The position numbers and the translations under genes were made by a program. DNA of 64,000 nucleotides from Macrostomum lignano. Taxonomy: Eukaryota. Position 1 is the stretch's first letter; each line of letters starts with the position of its first letter. The stretch is taken from contig NIVC01000215.1 in NCBI GenBank assembly GCA_002269645.1, positions 62,001 through 126,000 of the forward strand, read 5' to 3'. Below the pieces are notes generated by a model. The model searched no databases and was not told where the DNA came from. It was given only the letters and a program-made list of their open reading frames with translations. Below, piece by piece: positions 13,501-28,100 of the stretch.

Positions 13501-16500
13501 TAATGGGGCACTGATCCCCTGCTCTGTGTCATGCTTCTGTTAATGGGGCACTGATACCCCCTGCTCTGTGTCATGCTTCTGTTAATGGGGCACTGATATC
13601 CCCTGCTCTGTGTCATGCTTCTGTTAATGGGGCACTGATATCCCCTGCTCTGTGTCATGCTTCTGTTAATGGGACACTGATACCCCTGCTCTGTGTCATG
13701 CTTCTGTTAATGGGACACTGATACCCCCTGCTCTGTGTCATGCTTCTGTTAATGGGACACTGATACCCCCTGCTCTGTGTCATGCTTCTGTTAATGGGAC
13801 ACTGATACCCCCTGCTCTGTGTCATGCTTCTGTTAATGGGGCACTGATATCCCCTGCTCTGTGTCATGCTTCTGTTAATGGGACACTGATCCCCTGCTCT
13901 GTGTCATGCTTCTGTTAATGGGACACTGATACCCCTGCTCTGTGTCATGCTTCTGTTAATGGGGCACTGATATCCCCTGCTCTGTGTCATGCTTTTGTTA
14001 ATGGGACACTGATACCCCCTGCTCTGTGTCATGCTTCTGTTAATGGGACACTGATACCCCCTGCTCTGTGTCATGCTTCTGTTAATGGGGCACTGATATC
14101 CCCTGCTCTGTGTCATGCTTCTGTTAATGGGACACTGATCCCCTGCTCTGTGTCATGCTTCTGTTAATGGGACACTGATACCCCCTGCTCTGTGTCATGC
14201 TTCTGTTAATGGGGCACTGATATCCCCTGCTCTGTGTCATGCTTTTGTTAATGGGACACTGATACCCCCTGCTCTGTGTCATGCTTCTGTTAATGGGACA
14301 CTGATATCCCCTGCTCTGTGTCATGCTTCTGTTAATGGGACACTGATATCCCCTGCTCTGTGTCATGTTTCTGTTAATGGGGCACTGATATCCCCTGCTC
14401 TGTGTCATGCTTCTGTTAATGGGACACTGATACCCCCATGATATTTAACATAAAGTTATGAAATGGGGAAATATCAAGCCTAGAAATATTGCTCAAAATT
14501 ATTGCATTGGACAATTTTGTTTCCTCAAGCGCAATTCTGCAGACACCATGTACATTTATTACTGTAAAGTGCATAATAGTGCAACGATATCAGATATTTA
14601 AGCCATGTTGAAGTTGAATCACTGCACGCAAAAGTGAAGTCAACAGGCCATGAAATACAGTTGCGTGTTTCAGCCTTTGGCAAGAGAGGAGATATTACAT
14701 GTAGATAGCTGTCATATGCCTGAACACACCCTCACGTATGTAATCTGGCATGTCATTAAGTGTACATTTCTAATGCTTGGGCATAAAGTTGCCCTGGGCA
14801 ATGTACATGACTGTTGCCTCCTCTATCTGTTTGTCTCTCCCTACCCCCTCTCCTGTGGTGCCCTGTCAAACTGTTAATGTTGTAAGTTAAGTTAAAATGT
14901 TTTTAATTTTTCTACTCTAACTGGTTACTGTGTTCTAATATAGTATAATAAATTAGGGTAAAGTGTAACTGTTCCTTAGCTTAGTTGGTGAACAATGTTA
15001 AGCTGAGGAATTGTTTTCGCCAGCTCGAATCTTCACCAGCTCGAAGCTTCACCAGCTCGAAGCTTCACCAGCTCGAATCTTCACCAGCTCGAATCTTCAC
15101 CAGCTCGAATCTTCACCAGCTCGAATCTTCACCAGCTCGAAGCTTCACCAGCTCGAATCTTCACCAGCTCGAATCTTCACAAGCTCGAATCTTCACAATG
15201 TGAAACAATGTCAAGCTGAGGAATTGTTTTCGCCAGCTCGAATCTTCACCAGCTCGAAGCTTCACCAGCTCGAAGCTTCACATGCTCGAATCTTCACCAG
15301 CTCGAATCTTCACCAGCTCGAAGCTTCACCAGCTCGAAGCTTCACATGCTTAAAACTTCACAAGCTCGAATCTTCACAAGCTCGAAACTCCACAAGCTCG
15401 AATCTTCACAAGCTCGAATCTTCACAAGCTCGAATCTTCACAAGCTCGAATCTTCACAAGCTTAAAACTTCACCAGCTCGAAACTTCACAAGCTCGAAAC
15501 TTCACAAGCTCGAATCTTCACAAGCTCGAAGCTTCACATGCTTAAAACTTCACAAGCTCGAAACTTCACCAGCTCGAAACTTCACAAGCTCGAAGCTTCA
15601 CATGCTTAAAACTTCACAAGCTCGAATCTTCACAAGCTCAAATCTTCACGAGCTCGAATCTTCACAAGCTCGAAGCTTCACATGCTTAAAACTTCACAAG
15701 CTCGAATCGTCACGAGCTCGAAACTTAACAAATTAGAAATTTTCACAAACTTGATACGCTGCCTGTTTCCATTATAGAAGCGATGTACTTTAAAAATATC
15801 TGCGCAAAAGTACACAATGATATTTTTATTTTTCCGTTCTTTTATCGTTTTGCAAACTAAGGACTTAATTTTCATTTAAAATGTTGTGAAACCTTTTTGC
15901 GTTAATATCCTTAGGGTTCTACTCAGTAGTATAACTAGCTGGTTAATAATTTATCCGCCCAGGCCGGTCACAGTCTGATGCAGCAGTCGGTGCTTGGCCA
16001 CCTGCTACCCGAGGCCATGGTCTGCTACTTAGAGAACTATACGCCGGAAAAATTTGCCGAAATATTTCTGGGCGAATTCGACACGCCTGAGGCGATCTGG
16101 AATTCCGAGATGCGCCGTCTCATGATTAGCAAAATTGCCGCCCACCTGGCCGACTTCTCGCCCCGGCTGCAGTCTAATACGAGAGCTCTGTACCAGTACT
16201 GCGCCATCCCTCGGGTGCAGTATCCTCAGCTTGAGAATGAGCTATTCTGCAATATCTATTACCTGCGCCACCTGTGCGACACTGCCAGATTTCCCGATTG
16301 GCCAATCAAAGAGCCAATCGCTTTGCTCAAAGACATTTTAGAGGCTTGGAAACGCGAAGTTGAGAAACGGCCGCCAACGATGAGTTTAGAGGAGGCCTAC
16401 AGCGAATTGGGGCTGACTAGCAAGGATGGAGCGTGAGTGGCTACTAGTAGTAAAAATGCTAGCGTTCTTTTGCTTAGTTTGTCGGCTATTAGGTAACGGA

Positions 16501-19292
16501 ACTTTGGCTTCCAGGGACTTAGGAAATCACATATTAGGCGCTTAGGTAATCACATATTAGGCGCTTAGGTAATCACATATTAGGCGCTTAAGAAATCACA
16601 AATTAGGCGCTTAGGAAATCACAAATTAGGCGCTCAGAAATCACAAATTAGGCGCTTAGGAAATCACAAATTAGGCCGCTTAGGAAATCACAAATTAGGC
16701 GCTTAAGACATCACATATTAGGTACTTAGGAAATAACAAATTAGATGCTTAAGAAATCACAAATTAGGCCGCTTAGGAAATCACAAATTAGGCGCTTAAG
16801 AAATCACAATTAGGCGCTTAGGAAATCACAAATTAGGCCGCTTAGGAAATCACAAATTAGGCCGCTTAGGAAATCACAAATTAAGGCCGGTTAAGAAATA
16901 GATATTAGACGCTTAGGAAGCAGATATTAGACGCTTGGAAAATAGATATTAAACGTTTGGGAAATAGATATTAGAGGCTTGGGAAATAGATATTAGACGC
17001 TTGGGAAATAGATATTAGACGCTTGGGAAACAGATATTAAACGCTTGGGAAATAGATATTAGACGCTTGGGAAATAGATATTAGACGCTTGGGAAATAGA
17101 TATTAGACGCTTGGGAAATAGATATTAGACGCTTGGGAAATAGATATTAGACGCTTGGGAAATAGATATTAGACGCTTGGGAAATAGATATTAGACGCTT
17201 GGGAAACAGATATTAGACGCTTGGGAAACTCAACTCGGAATATAGCTTTTTCTAGTTGCGAGACAATTGAGAACTGTCAAACAAGAGCGAATCAAATCCC
17301 CAAATTCGGTGTCCCATTCAGCCCAGACGAGGCGCAGATCCGGAAGAGCTACTTCCGTTTAGCCCAGAAATATCATCCGGACAAAAACCCGGACGGCCGA
17401 GAGAAATTTGAATCGGTCAACAAGGCCTACGAATTTTTGTGCAGCAAAGCCAACCTCGTGCAGGGCCCCGACCCCAAGAATATTGTGCTCATCCTGCGGT
17501 CCCAGAGCATTCTGTTCAGCCGGTACAAGGATTGTAAGTGCTGTGCCTGTGTAGTGTGCATACAGCCTGTGTCACTCCATGTAGTGTGCATACAGCCTGT
17601 GTCACTCCATGTAGTGTGCATACAGCCTGTGTCACTCCATGTGGTGTGCATACAGCCTGTGTCACTCCATGTAGTGTGCATACAGCCTGTGTCACTCCAT
17701 GTAGTGTGCATACAGCCTGTGTCACTACATGTAGTGTGCATGCAGCCTGTGTCACTCCATGTAGTGTGCATGCAGCCTGTGTCACTCCATGTAGTGTGCA
17801 TACAGCCTGTGTCACTCCATGTAGTGTACATACAGCCTGTGTCACTCCATGTAGTGTGCATACAGCCTGTGTCACTCCATGTAGTGTGCATACAGCCTGT
17901 GTCACTCCATGTAGTGTGCATGCAGCCTGTGTCACTCCGTGTAGTGTGCATACAGCCTGTGTCACTCCATGTAGTGTGCATACAGCCTGTGTCACTCCAT
18001 GTAGTGTACATACAGCCTGTGTCACTCCATGTAGTGTGCATACAGCCTGTGTCACTCCATGTAGTGTGCATACAGCCTGTGTCACTCCATGTAGTGTACA
18101 TACAGCCTGTGTCACTCCATGTAGTGTGCATACAGCCTGTGTCACTCCATGTAGTGTGCATACAGCCTGTGTCACTCCATGTAGTGTACATACAGCCTGT
18201 GTCACTCCATGTAGTGTGCATACAGCCTGTGTCACTCCATGTAGTGTGCATACAGCCTGTGTCACTCCATGTGTGCATACAGCCTGAGTCATTCCCTGTA
18301 GTGTACATACAGCCTGAGTCATTCCCTGTAATGTACATGCAGCCTGTGTCAGATTCCCTGTAATGTACATACAGCCTGTGTCAGATTCCCTGTCATGTAC
18401 AGCCTGTGTCAGATTCTCTGTCATGTACATACAGCCTGTGTCTTGTTCCCTGTAATGTACATACAGCCTGAGTCAGATTCCCTGTAATGTACATACAGCC
18501 TGAGTCAGATTCCCTGTAATGTACATACAGCCTGAGTCATATTCCCTGTAATGTACATACAGCCTGAGTCAGATTCCCTGTAATGTACATACAGCCTGAG
18601 TCATATTCCCTGTAATGTACATACAGCCTGAGTCATATTCCCTGTAATGTACATACAGCCTGTGTCATATTCCCTGTCATGGTAAAAACAAAGCCTGTCA
18701 TCAGCTGATCCCCTCCAAACCCCAAGCCAGCCGGACACCCCAACTCTCCCTCCCGCCCGCAGTGCTGCAGCCCTACAAGTACGCCGGCTATCCGGCACTC
18801 ATTAAAACGGTCCGCATGGAGACCTCAGAGGATCAGCTGTTCTCCAAAGAGGTGCCCCTGCTAGAGTCTGCCGCCGAGCTCTGCTACCACACTGTCAACT
18901 GCTCGAATCTTAACGCCGAGGAGTTGCGTCGCGAGAACGGCATCGAGGCCCTGCAGGAGGCCTTCTCCCGTTGCGTCTCCGTGATAACGCCCGGCTCGAA
19001 ACCCGACGAGACTCCAGCCAGAGTTTGTGTCAATATTCTGCGCTGTTTCACCGTTGCCGCCAAGTTTGAAGCCTGCCGATCGAGGATTCAAGAGCAGCCT
19101 CAGATTGTCAAGGATCTGCTGCGGGTTATGTACTTTAAGCACCTGCCCCGGCTGGCTACAGTGGCCGTTGAGTGCGCCGCAGGTCTGTTGCTGTGGTGAT
19201 GCTAGTAGTGGTACTAGTAGTAGTAGTACCAGTAGTAGTAGTAGTAGCAGTAGTAGTAGTAGTAGTAGCAGTAGTAGTAGTACCAGTAGTAC

Positions 19293-19336
<44 letters not shown>

Positions 19337-19419
19337 CTAGTAGTAGTAGTACCAGTAGTAGTAGTAGTAGCAGTAGTAGTAGTACCAGTAGTACGAGTAG
19401 TAGTAGTAGTAGTAGTACC

Positions 19420-19457
<38 letters not shown>

Positions 19458-19614
19458 CAGTAGTAGTAGTAGTAGCAGTAGTAGTAGTACCAGTAGTAGT
19501 AGTAGTAGTAGTACCAGTAGTAGTAGTAGTAGTAGTAGTAGTATTAATAGTACCAGTAGTAGTAGCAGCAGTAGCAGTAGTAGTAGTAGCAGTAGTAGTA
19601 GTAGCAGTAGTAGC

Positions 19615-19646
<32 letters not shown>

Positions 19647-22600
19647 CAGTAGCAGTAGTATTAGTAGTAGTAGTAGTAGTAGTAGTAGCAGTAGTATTAG
19701 TAGTAGCAGTAGTAGTGGTAGTAGAAGTAGTAGCAGTAGTAGTACTAGTGGCAGTAGTAGTACTAGTAGCAGTAGTAGTAGTAATAGGAGAGGTAGTCGT
19801 CGTTTTTGTTCATGTAGTTTTGATTTACTTTAATTGAATAGTAAGTACTAAAATAAGCATTATAATCTACACAGAATAGTTATAGTAGCCAGTTATCATA
19901 CAGAGCAGCGCACTCTTATTGCAACCAACTGATACAAACCCGCCCCCCTCAGCCTTCTGCCTGGACTTCTGGCTGCAGACGAACATGTACCAGTCTGGCG
20001 CGCTTTACCACCTGCTGCCGCTGCTATTCGGCTACGACTACACCCTGGACGAGGGCGGCGTTGAACGGGCGGAGGACAGCAACCAGCAGGAGCAGAACAA
20101 CCGCTTGGCCGAGGCCGCCCTCAGGGCCTGCTCCGCCCTGGCCGGCTATCGTGCCGTCGCCACCTCCCCGACAGTGGCCGTAGCGGTCGACTCTGGCGAG
20201 CCTGGCCGAGCCGAGGCCTCAGACGACGTCCCCGCAGTGGCCGCAGACGCGAGCAACAGCAGCAGCGACGGCGGCGCCTGCTATCCAGACAATCCGTCAG
20301 TGCAGCAGTCGCTGAAGGCTCTGGTCACGCCGTTTGTTTGCCGCCGAATGCAGGACCAGCGGCCAGGCTGGCTGCTGAAGCTGCTGAATTCCAATTGCCA
20401 GACGCCATATTTAATCTGGGACAATGCGACCAGGGCCGAACTGTTGGGCTATCTGGAGGACCAGCAGCAGAGTCTGATTCGCACTGTGAGTGGGGCCTCT
20501 GCAACTGGGCCAAGCAACTGGGCCTGAGATTAGAGCTGTTAGTTGGTTTGTTTGTTAAGTCACCCCTAAACCAGACTGAGAATCGCCCCTAAACCAGACT
20601 GAGAATCACCCCTAAACCAGACTGAGAATCACCCCTAAACCAGACTGAGAATCACCCCTAAACCAGACTGAGAATCGTCCCTAAACCAGACTGAGAATCG
20701 CCCTAAACCAGACTGAGAATCACCCTAAACCAGACTGAGAATCGCCCCTAAACCAGACTGAGAATCGCCCCTAAACCAGACTGAGAATCACCCCTAAACC
20801 ATCCTGAGAATCACCCCTAAACCATCCTGAGAATCACCCCTAAACCAGACTGAGAATCGCCCCTAAACCAGACTGAGAATCGCCCCTAAACCATCCTGAG
20901 AATCGCCCCTAAACCAGACTGAGAATCGCCCCTAAACCAGACTGAGAATCGCCCCTAAACCAGACTGAGAATCGTCCCTAAACCAGACTGAGAATCGCCC
21001 CTAAACCAGACTGAGAATCGCCCCTAAACCAGACTGAGAATCGCCCTAAACCAGACTGAGAATCGCCCCTAAACCAGACTGAGAATCGCCCCTAAACCAG
21101 ACTGAGAATCGCCCTAAACCAGACTGAGAATCGTCCCTAAACCAGACTGAGAATCGTCCCTAAACCAGACTGAGAATCGCCCTAAACCAGACTGAGAATC
21201 ACCCTAAACCAGACTGAGAATCGCCCCTAAACCAGACTGAGAATCGCCCCTAAACCAGACTGAGAATCGCCCCTAAATCATCCTGAGAATCGCCCCTAAA
21301 CCAGACTGAGAATCGCCCCTAAACCATCCTGAGAATCGCCCCTAAACCAGACTGAGAATCGCCCCTAAACCATCCTGAGAATCACCCCTAAACCAGACTG
21401 AGAATCGTCCCTAAACCAGACTGAGAATCGCCCCTAAACCAGACTGAGAATCGCCCCTAAACCATCCTGAGAATCACCCCTAAACCAGACTGAGAATCGC
21501 CCCTAAACCATCCTGAGAATCACCCCTAAACCAGACTGAGAATCGCCCCTAAGCCAGACTGAGAATCGCCCCTAAACCAGACTGAGAATCACCCCCAAAC
21601 CAGACCGAGAATCGCCCCAAACCAGACCGAGAATCGCCCCTAAACCAGACTGAGAATCGCCCCTAAACCAGACTGAGAATCGTCCCTAAACCATCCTGAG
21701 AATCGCCCCTAAACCAGACTGAGAATCGCCCCTAAACCATCCTGAGAATCGCCCCTAAACCAGACTGAGAATCGCCCCTAAACCATCCTGAGAATCACCC
21801 CTAAACCAGACTGAGAATCGCCCCTAAACCAGACTGAGAATCGCCCCTAAACCAGACTGAGAATCGCCCCTAAACCATCCTGAGAATCACCCCTAAACCA
21901 GACTGAGAATCGCCCCTAAACCATCCTGAGAATCACCCCTAAACCAGACTGAGAATCGCCCCTAAGCCAGACTGAGAATCGCCCCTAAACCAGACTGAGA
22001 ATCACCCCCAAACCAGACCGAGAATCGCCCCAAACCAGACCGAGAATCGCCCCAAACCAGACCGAGAATCGCCCCAAACCAGACCGAGAATCGCCCCAAA
22101 CCAGACCGAGAATCGCCCCAAACCAGACCGAGAATCGCCCCAAACCAGACCGAGAATCGCCCCAAACCAGACCGAGAATCGCCGCAAACCAGCCCCATAG
22201 ACTGAATTCGTGTTTGACCTTCCAGGGCGAGTGCGACCAATCGCTGGGCACCGAGTTCCAGTACAGCATCTTCGGCAAGGAGCTCATCATCGGAGACGTT
22301 TTCATTCGAGTGTACAATGAGCAGCCGACTTATCCGCTGGAGGTAACCATTGGATGGGGAATCTTCACCTTTTCTTTCCTGTGCTTCAGTGACCATATCT
22401 ACACATTTCAGTGCTTCAGTGACCTTCTCTACACATCTCAGTGCTTCAGTGACCATATCTACACATTTCAGTGCTTCGGTGACCATATCTACACATTTCA
22501 GTGCTTCAGTGACCATATCTACACATTTCAGTGCTTCAGTGACCTTCTTTACACATCTCAGTGCTTCAGTGACCTTCTCTACACATCTCAGTGCTTCAGT

Positions 22601-24089
22601 GACCTTCTCTACACATCTCAGTGCTTCAGTGACCTTCTCTACACATCTCAGTGCTTCAGTGACCTTCTCTACACTTCTCAGTGCTTCAGTGACCTTCTCT
22701 ACACATCTCAGTGCTTCAGTGACCATATCTACACATTTCAGTGCTTCAGTGACCATATCTACACATCTCAGTGCTTCAGTGACCATATCTACACATTTCA
22801 GTGCTTCAGTGACCTTCTCTACACATCTCAGTGCTTCAGTGACCTTCTCTACACATCTCAGTGCTTCAGTGACCATATCTACACATTTCAGTGCTTCAGT
22901 GACCTTCTCTACACATCTCAGTGCTTCAGTGACCATATCTACACATTTCAGTGCTTCAGTGACCATATCTACACATTTCAGTGCTTCAGTGACCATATCT
23001 ACACATTTCAGTGCTTCAGTGACCATATCTACACATTTCAGTGCTTCAGTGACCTTCTCTACACATCTCAGTGCTTCAGTGACCTTCTCTACACATCTCA
23101 GTGCTTCAGTGACCTTCTCTACACATCTCAGTGCTTCAGTGACCTTCTCTACACATCTCAGTGCTTCAGTGACCTTCTCTACACATCTCAGTGCTTCAGT
23201 GACCTCTACACATCTCAGTGCTTCAGTGACCTTCTCTACACATTTCAGTGCTTCAGTGACCTTCTCTACACATCTCAGTGCTTCAGTGACCATATCTACA
23301 CATTTCAGTGCTTCAGTGACCATATCTACACATTTCAGTGCTTCAGTGACCATATCTACACATTTCAGTGCTTCAGTGACCATATCTACACATTTCAGTG
23401 CTTCAGTGACCATATCTACACATTTCAGTGCTTCAGTGACCTTCTCTACACATCTCAGTGCTTCAGTGACCTTTTCTACACATCTCAGTGCTTCAGTGAC
23501 CATATCTACACATTTCAGTGCTTCAGTGACCATATCTACACATTTCAGTGCTTCAGTGACCATATCTACACATTTCAGTGCTTCAGTGACCATATCTACA
23601 CATTTCAGTGCTTCAGTGACCTTCTCTACACATCTCAGTGCTTCAGTGACCTTCTCTACACATCCCAGTGCTTCAGTGACCTTCTCTACACATCCCAGTG
23701 CTTCAGTGACCTTCTCTACACATCTCAGTGCTTTAGTGACCTCCACGCATCCCAATGGGCCACCCAAACTCCCGTCTGATACCGCAGAATCCCAAAGGCT
23801 TGACCATAGACATTCTGCACTACCTGAACACGAGCGCCCAGTACCTGCACTCGCTGCTGGCAATGCAGCGGGACCAGCAGGAGACGTTGATTCTCAACGA
23901 CGACCAGCGGCGCAACCTCACTAAAGTTGACGCCGCGCTTGAGGCTCTGCGCAACGTTATTAGAAATCACCCGGGGGTTGAGATGCAGTGCATCGGCTAC
24001 TTCCAGCTGCTGTTCGCCCTGCTCAGGCTCAACGGCTGTCACACCACCATGCAGAGGGCGCTTGAGGTGAGCCGATGGTCTGAGGGACT

Positions 24090-24125
<36 letters not shown>

Positions 24126-24128
24126 GGC

Positions 24129-24161
<33 letters not shown>

Positions 24162-24966
24162 GGCAGGCAGACAGACGGACGCACAGACAGGCACAGGCTG
24201 CACCCAGCAACCAACCCCGCCCGCCGCAGGTGATCAGCTGCGTCACGGAGAATCAGGAATGCGTGAAGGACATCGCGGCAGCAAACGTGCTCTGCTATCT
24301 GGTGATGCTGTTCCAGACTCTGCCCGAGTGCCACGGCCTGCTGCTCAGCACGCTCAGCCCGCTGATGTCGCACACGGACCTGGTGAAGGACTCCGTGTAC
24401 AGGGGCGTCATCATCCACCTGCTGGACCTGTTCTGCAGCTCCTCAGATCAGGAGCTGCGCCAGCAGGCGGCCCAGCTGCTGGCCAAGCTGACGGCCAACA
24501 AGCTGGTTGGGCCGCGGATTCGCCTCATCCTCAACAAGTTCCTGCCCGCCATCTTTGTTGACGCGATGCGTGACGCCCCGGAGACGGCCGTCAATATGTT
24601 TGAGACCAGTCAGGTGAGACAGACCAGCTGCGCGGCTGGGTACGGCTGCAGATTGATTGATTGATTGATCGTTTGATTGATTGATTGACTGATTGATTTA
24701 TTGATCGATTGATGATTGACTGACTGACTGACTAATGATTGAATTTTTTGAATAATTGATAATTTCAATTGATTGATCGATAGATAGATAGATTGATTAA
24801 TGATTGATTGATTATTGATTGATTGATTGATTGATTAATGATTGATTGATTATTGATTGATTATTGATTGATTGATTGATTGATTAATGATTGATTGATT
24901 ATTGATTGATTGATTGATTGATTAATGATTGATTGATTGATTAATGATTGATTGATGATTGATTGA

Positions 24967-25006
<40 letters not shown>

Positions 25007-25086
25007 AATTTCAGTTGATTGATTGATAGATTGATTGATTATTGATTGATTGATTGATTGATTGATTTATTAATGATTGATTGATT

Positions 25087-25117
<31 letters not shown>

Positions 25118-28100
25118 TATTGACTATCTGTTTGATTGTTGATCGACTGTTTTATTAATAGACAATAAATGAATTATGGATTATTACTCGATAGATTGAT
25201 TAATCAGTATCAATCATTTAAAATCAAATAAGATCAGTATTACTATCAGTAGTAAGCAAAGGTTTTTGCCTCCCCAATCAGGAAAACCCGGAGCTCCTGT
25301 GGAATGACGACACTCGTTCCGACGTCAGTCAGACGGTCGCCAGGATGCGCGGCGAGTTCTACCACCGCCAGGTGCTGGACCCGGCCGTCAAGTGGAACAT
25401 TCCTGAGGACTTTCGAATGCCCTTCATCGCGGCCGGGGATTCCAATGACTGCGTGGGCGGCGAGCCAGTCGTTGGCGGAGTCTACCTGCGCCTGTTTGTG
25501 CAGAACCCCGGCTGGGTGCTGCGCAACCCCAAGGAGTTCACCCGCTGCCTGATGGACAAGTGGATTGAACTGGTTCGCCGGGGTGTACAGGCCGACGCCC
25601 AGCTGCTGGAGCTGGTCACCTCCTCCATGGTTGGTCTGGTTGCCACCCAGCCGGCCCTGCTGGACTCCCTGCCTCAGCTGGGATATTTTCCTCAGCTACT
25701 GGACGCGTTGGCCACCTCTGAAGATGCCGGCGCCCTGCGCTCCTGCCTGCTGATGCTGCACGCCTTCTCGGCTAACACTGGCTGCGTCCGGTCGCTGGTG
25801 TCGGCCGGCCACTGCCTACGCTCGGTTAAGCGGGGCATGGAGCAGCGGCCGGATCTGCTGGCCTACGCCTGCGAGACTGTGCTGCGTCTGGCCGAGGGTC
25901 AGGAGGATCTGGCTGCCGAGCAGGCGCTCACCTGCGGCCTGGTGCAGCACCTGCTCGGATTGCTGCAGTCCGGCCTGGAGCGGGTGGAAAATCCGGGGGC
26001 CACCAAGGCGCAGGTGGTCAATGCGCTCAAGGCGTTGCAGAAGTCGCTTCAGCACGGGGAGAGGGTGAGTTGTGAAATCCCGATTGGAGTGAGTCAGTGA
26101 GTCCTACTTGCAGTGAGTCCTGATTGGAGTGAGTCAGTGAGTCCCGATTGGAGTGAGTCAGTGAGTCCCGATTGGAGTGAGTCAGTGAGTCCTGATTGGA
26201 GTGAGTCAGTGAGTCCTGATTGGAGTGAGTCAGTGAGTCCCGATTGGAGTCCTGATTGGAGTGAGTCAGTGAGACCCGATTGGAGTGAGTCAGTGAGTCC
26301 CGATTGGAGTCCTGATTGGAGTGAGTCAGTGAGACCCGATTGGAGTCCTGATTGGAGTGAGTCAGTGAGTCCCGATTGGAGTCCTGATTGGAGTGAGTCA
26401 GTGAGACCCGATTGGAGTGAGTCAGTGAGTCCCGATTGGAGTCCTGATTGGAGTGGTCAGTGAGTCCCGATTGGAGTCCCGATTGGAGTGAGTTAGTGAG
26501 TCCCGATTGGAGTGAGTCAGTGAGTCCCGATTGGAGTGAGTCAGTGAGTCCCGATTGCAGTGAGTCAGTGAGTCATACTTGCAGTGAGTCCCGATTGGAG
26601 TGATTCAATAAGTCCCGATTGGAGTGAGTCAGTGAGTCCTGATTGGAGTGAGTCAGTGAGTCCCGATTGGAGTCCTGATTGGAGTGAGTCAGTGAGACCC
26701 GATTGGAGTGAGTCAGTGAGTCCCGATTGGAGTCCCGATTGGAGTGAGTTAGTGAGTCCCGATTGGAGTGAGTCAGTGAGTCCCGATTGGAGTGAGTCAG
26801 TGAGTCCCGATTGGAGTCCTGATTGGAGTGGTCAGTGAGTCCCGATTGGAGTCCCGATTGGAGTGAGTTAGTGAGTCCCGATTGGAGTGAGTCAGTGAGT
26901 CCCGATTGGAGTGAGTCAGTGAGTCCCGATTGCAGTGAGTCAGTGAGTCCTACTTGCAGTGAGTCCCGATTGGAGTGAGTCAGTGAGTCCCGATTGGAGT
27001 GAGTCATTGAGTCCCGATTGGAGTGAGTCAGTGAGTCCCGATTGGAGTGAGTCAGTGAGTCCCGATTGGAGTGAGTCAGTGAGTCCCGATTGGAGTGAGT
27101 CAGTGAGTCCCGATTGGAGTCCTGATTGGAGTGAGTCAGTGAGACCCGATTGGAGTGAGTCAGTGAGTCCCGATTGGAGTCCTGATTGGAGTGAGTCAGT
27201 GAGACCCGATTGGAGTGAGTCAGTGAGTCCCGATTGGAGTCCTGATTGGAGTGGTCAGTGAGTCCCGATTGGAGTCCCGATTGGAGTGAGTTAGTAAGTC
27301 CCGATTGGAGTGAGTCAGTGAGTCCCGATTGGAGTGAGTCAGTGAGTCCCGATTGCAGTGAGTCAGTGAGTCATACTTGCAGTGAGTCCCGATTGGAGTG
27401 ATTCAGTGAGTCCCGATTGGAGTGAGTCAGTGAGTCCTGATTGGAGTGAGTCAGTGAGTCCCGATTGGAGTGAGTCAGTGAGTCCCGATTGGAGTCCCGA
27501 TTGGAGTGAGTTAGTGAGTCCCGATTGGAGTGAGTCAGTGAGTCCCGATTGGAGTGAGTCAGTGAGTCCCGATTGCAGTGAGTCAGTGAGTCCTACTTGC
27601 AGTGAGTCCCGATTGGAGTGAGTTAGTGAGTCCCGATTGGAGTGAGTCAGTGAGTCCCGATTGCAGTGAGTCAGTGAGTCCTACTTGCAGTGAGTCCCGA
27701 TTGGAGTGAGTCAGTGAGTCCCGCTTGGAGTGAGTCAGAGAGTCCCGATTGGAGTGAGTCAGTGAGTCCCGATTGGAGTGAGTCAGTGAGTCCCGATTGG
27801 AGTGAGTCAGTGAGTCCCGATTGGAGTGAGTCAGTGAGTCCCGATTGGAGTGAGTCAGTGAGTCCCGATTGGAGTGAGTCAGTGAGTCCCGATTGGAGTG
27901 AGTCAGTGAGTCCTGATTGGAGTGAGTCAGTGAGTCCCGATTGGAGTCCTGATTGGAGTGAGTCAGTGAGACCCGATTGGAGTGAGTCAGTGAGTCCCGA
28001 TTGGAGTCCTGATTGGAGTGAGTCAGTGAGACCCGATTGGAGTGAGTCAGTGAGTCCCGATTGGAGTCCTGATTGGAGTGGTCAGTGAGTCCCGATTGGA

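Noticed and set aside
20562-22190. CCCTAAA (plant telomere unit) in each monomer; also TTAGGC in the 16.5 kb array
   Set aside because: Single heptamers or hexamers embedded in longer units, not tandem telomeric tracts; expected by chance.
21962-23924. Long ORFs (633, 521, 524 aa) and similar periodic ORFs at 17.4-18.4, 19.0-19.8, 26.1-29.8, 34.6-36.1 and 50.0-51.3 kb
   Set aside because: They are stop-free frames of tandem repeats, often open on several frames and strands. Apart from short overlaps with real exons they lie inside introns or intergenic DNA.
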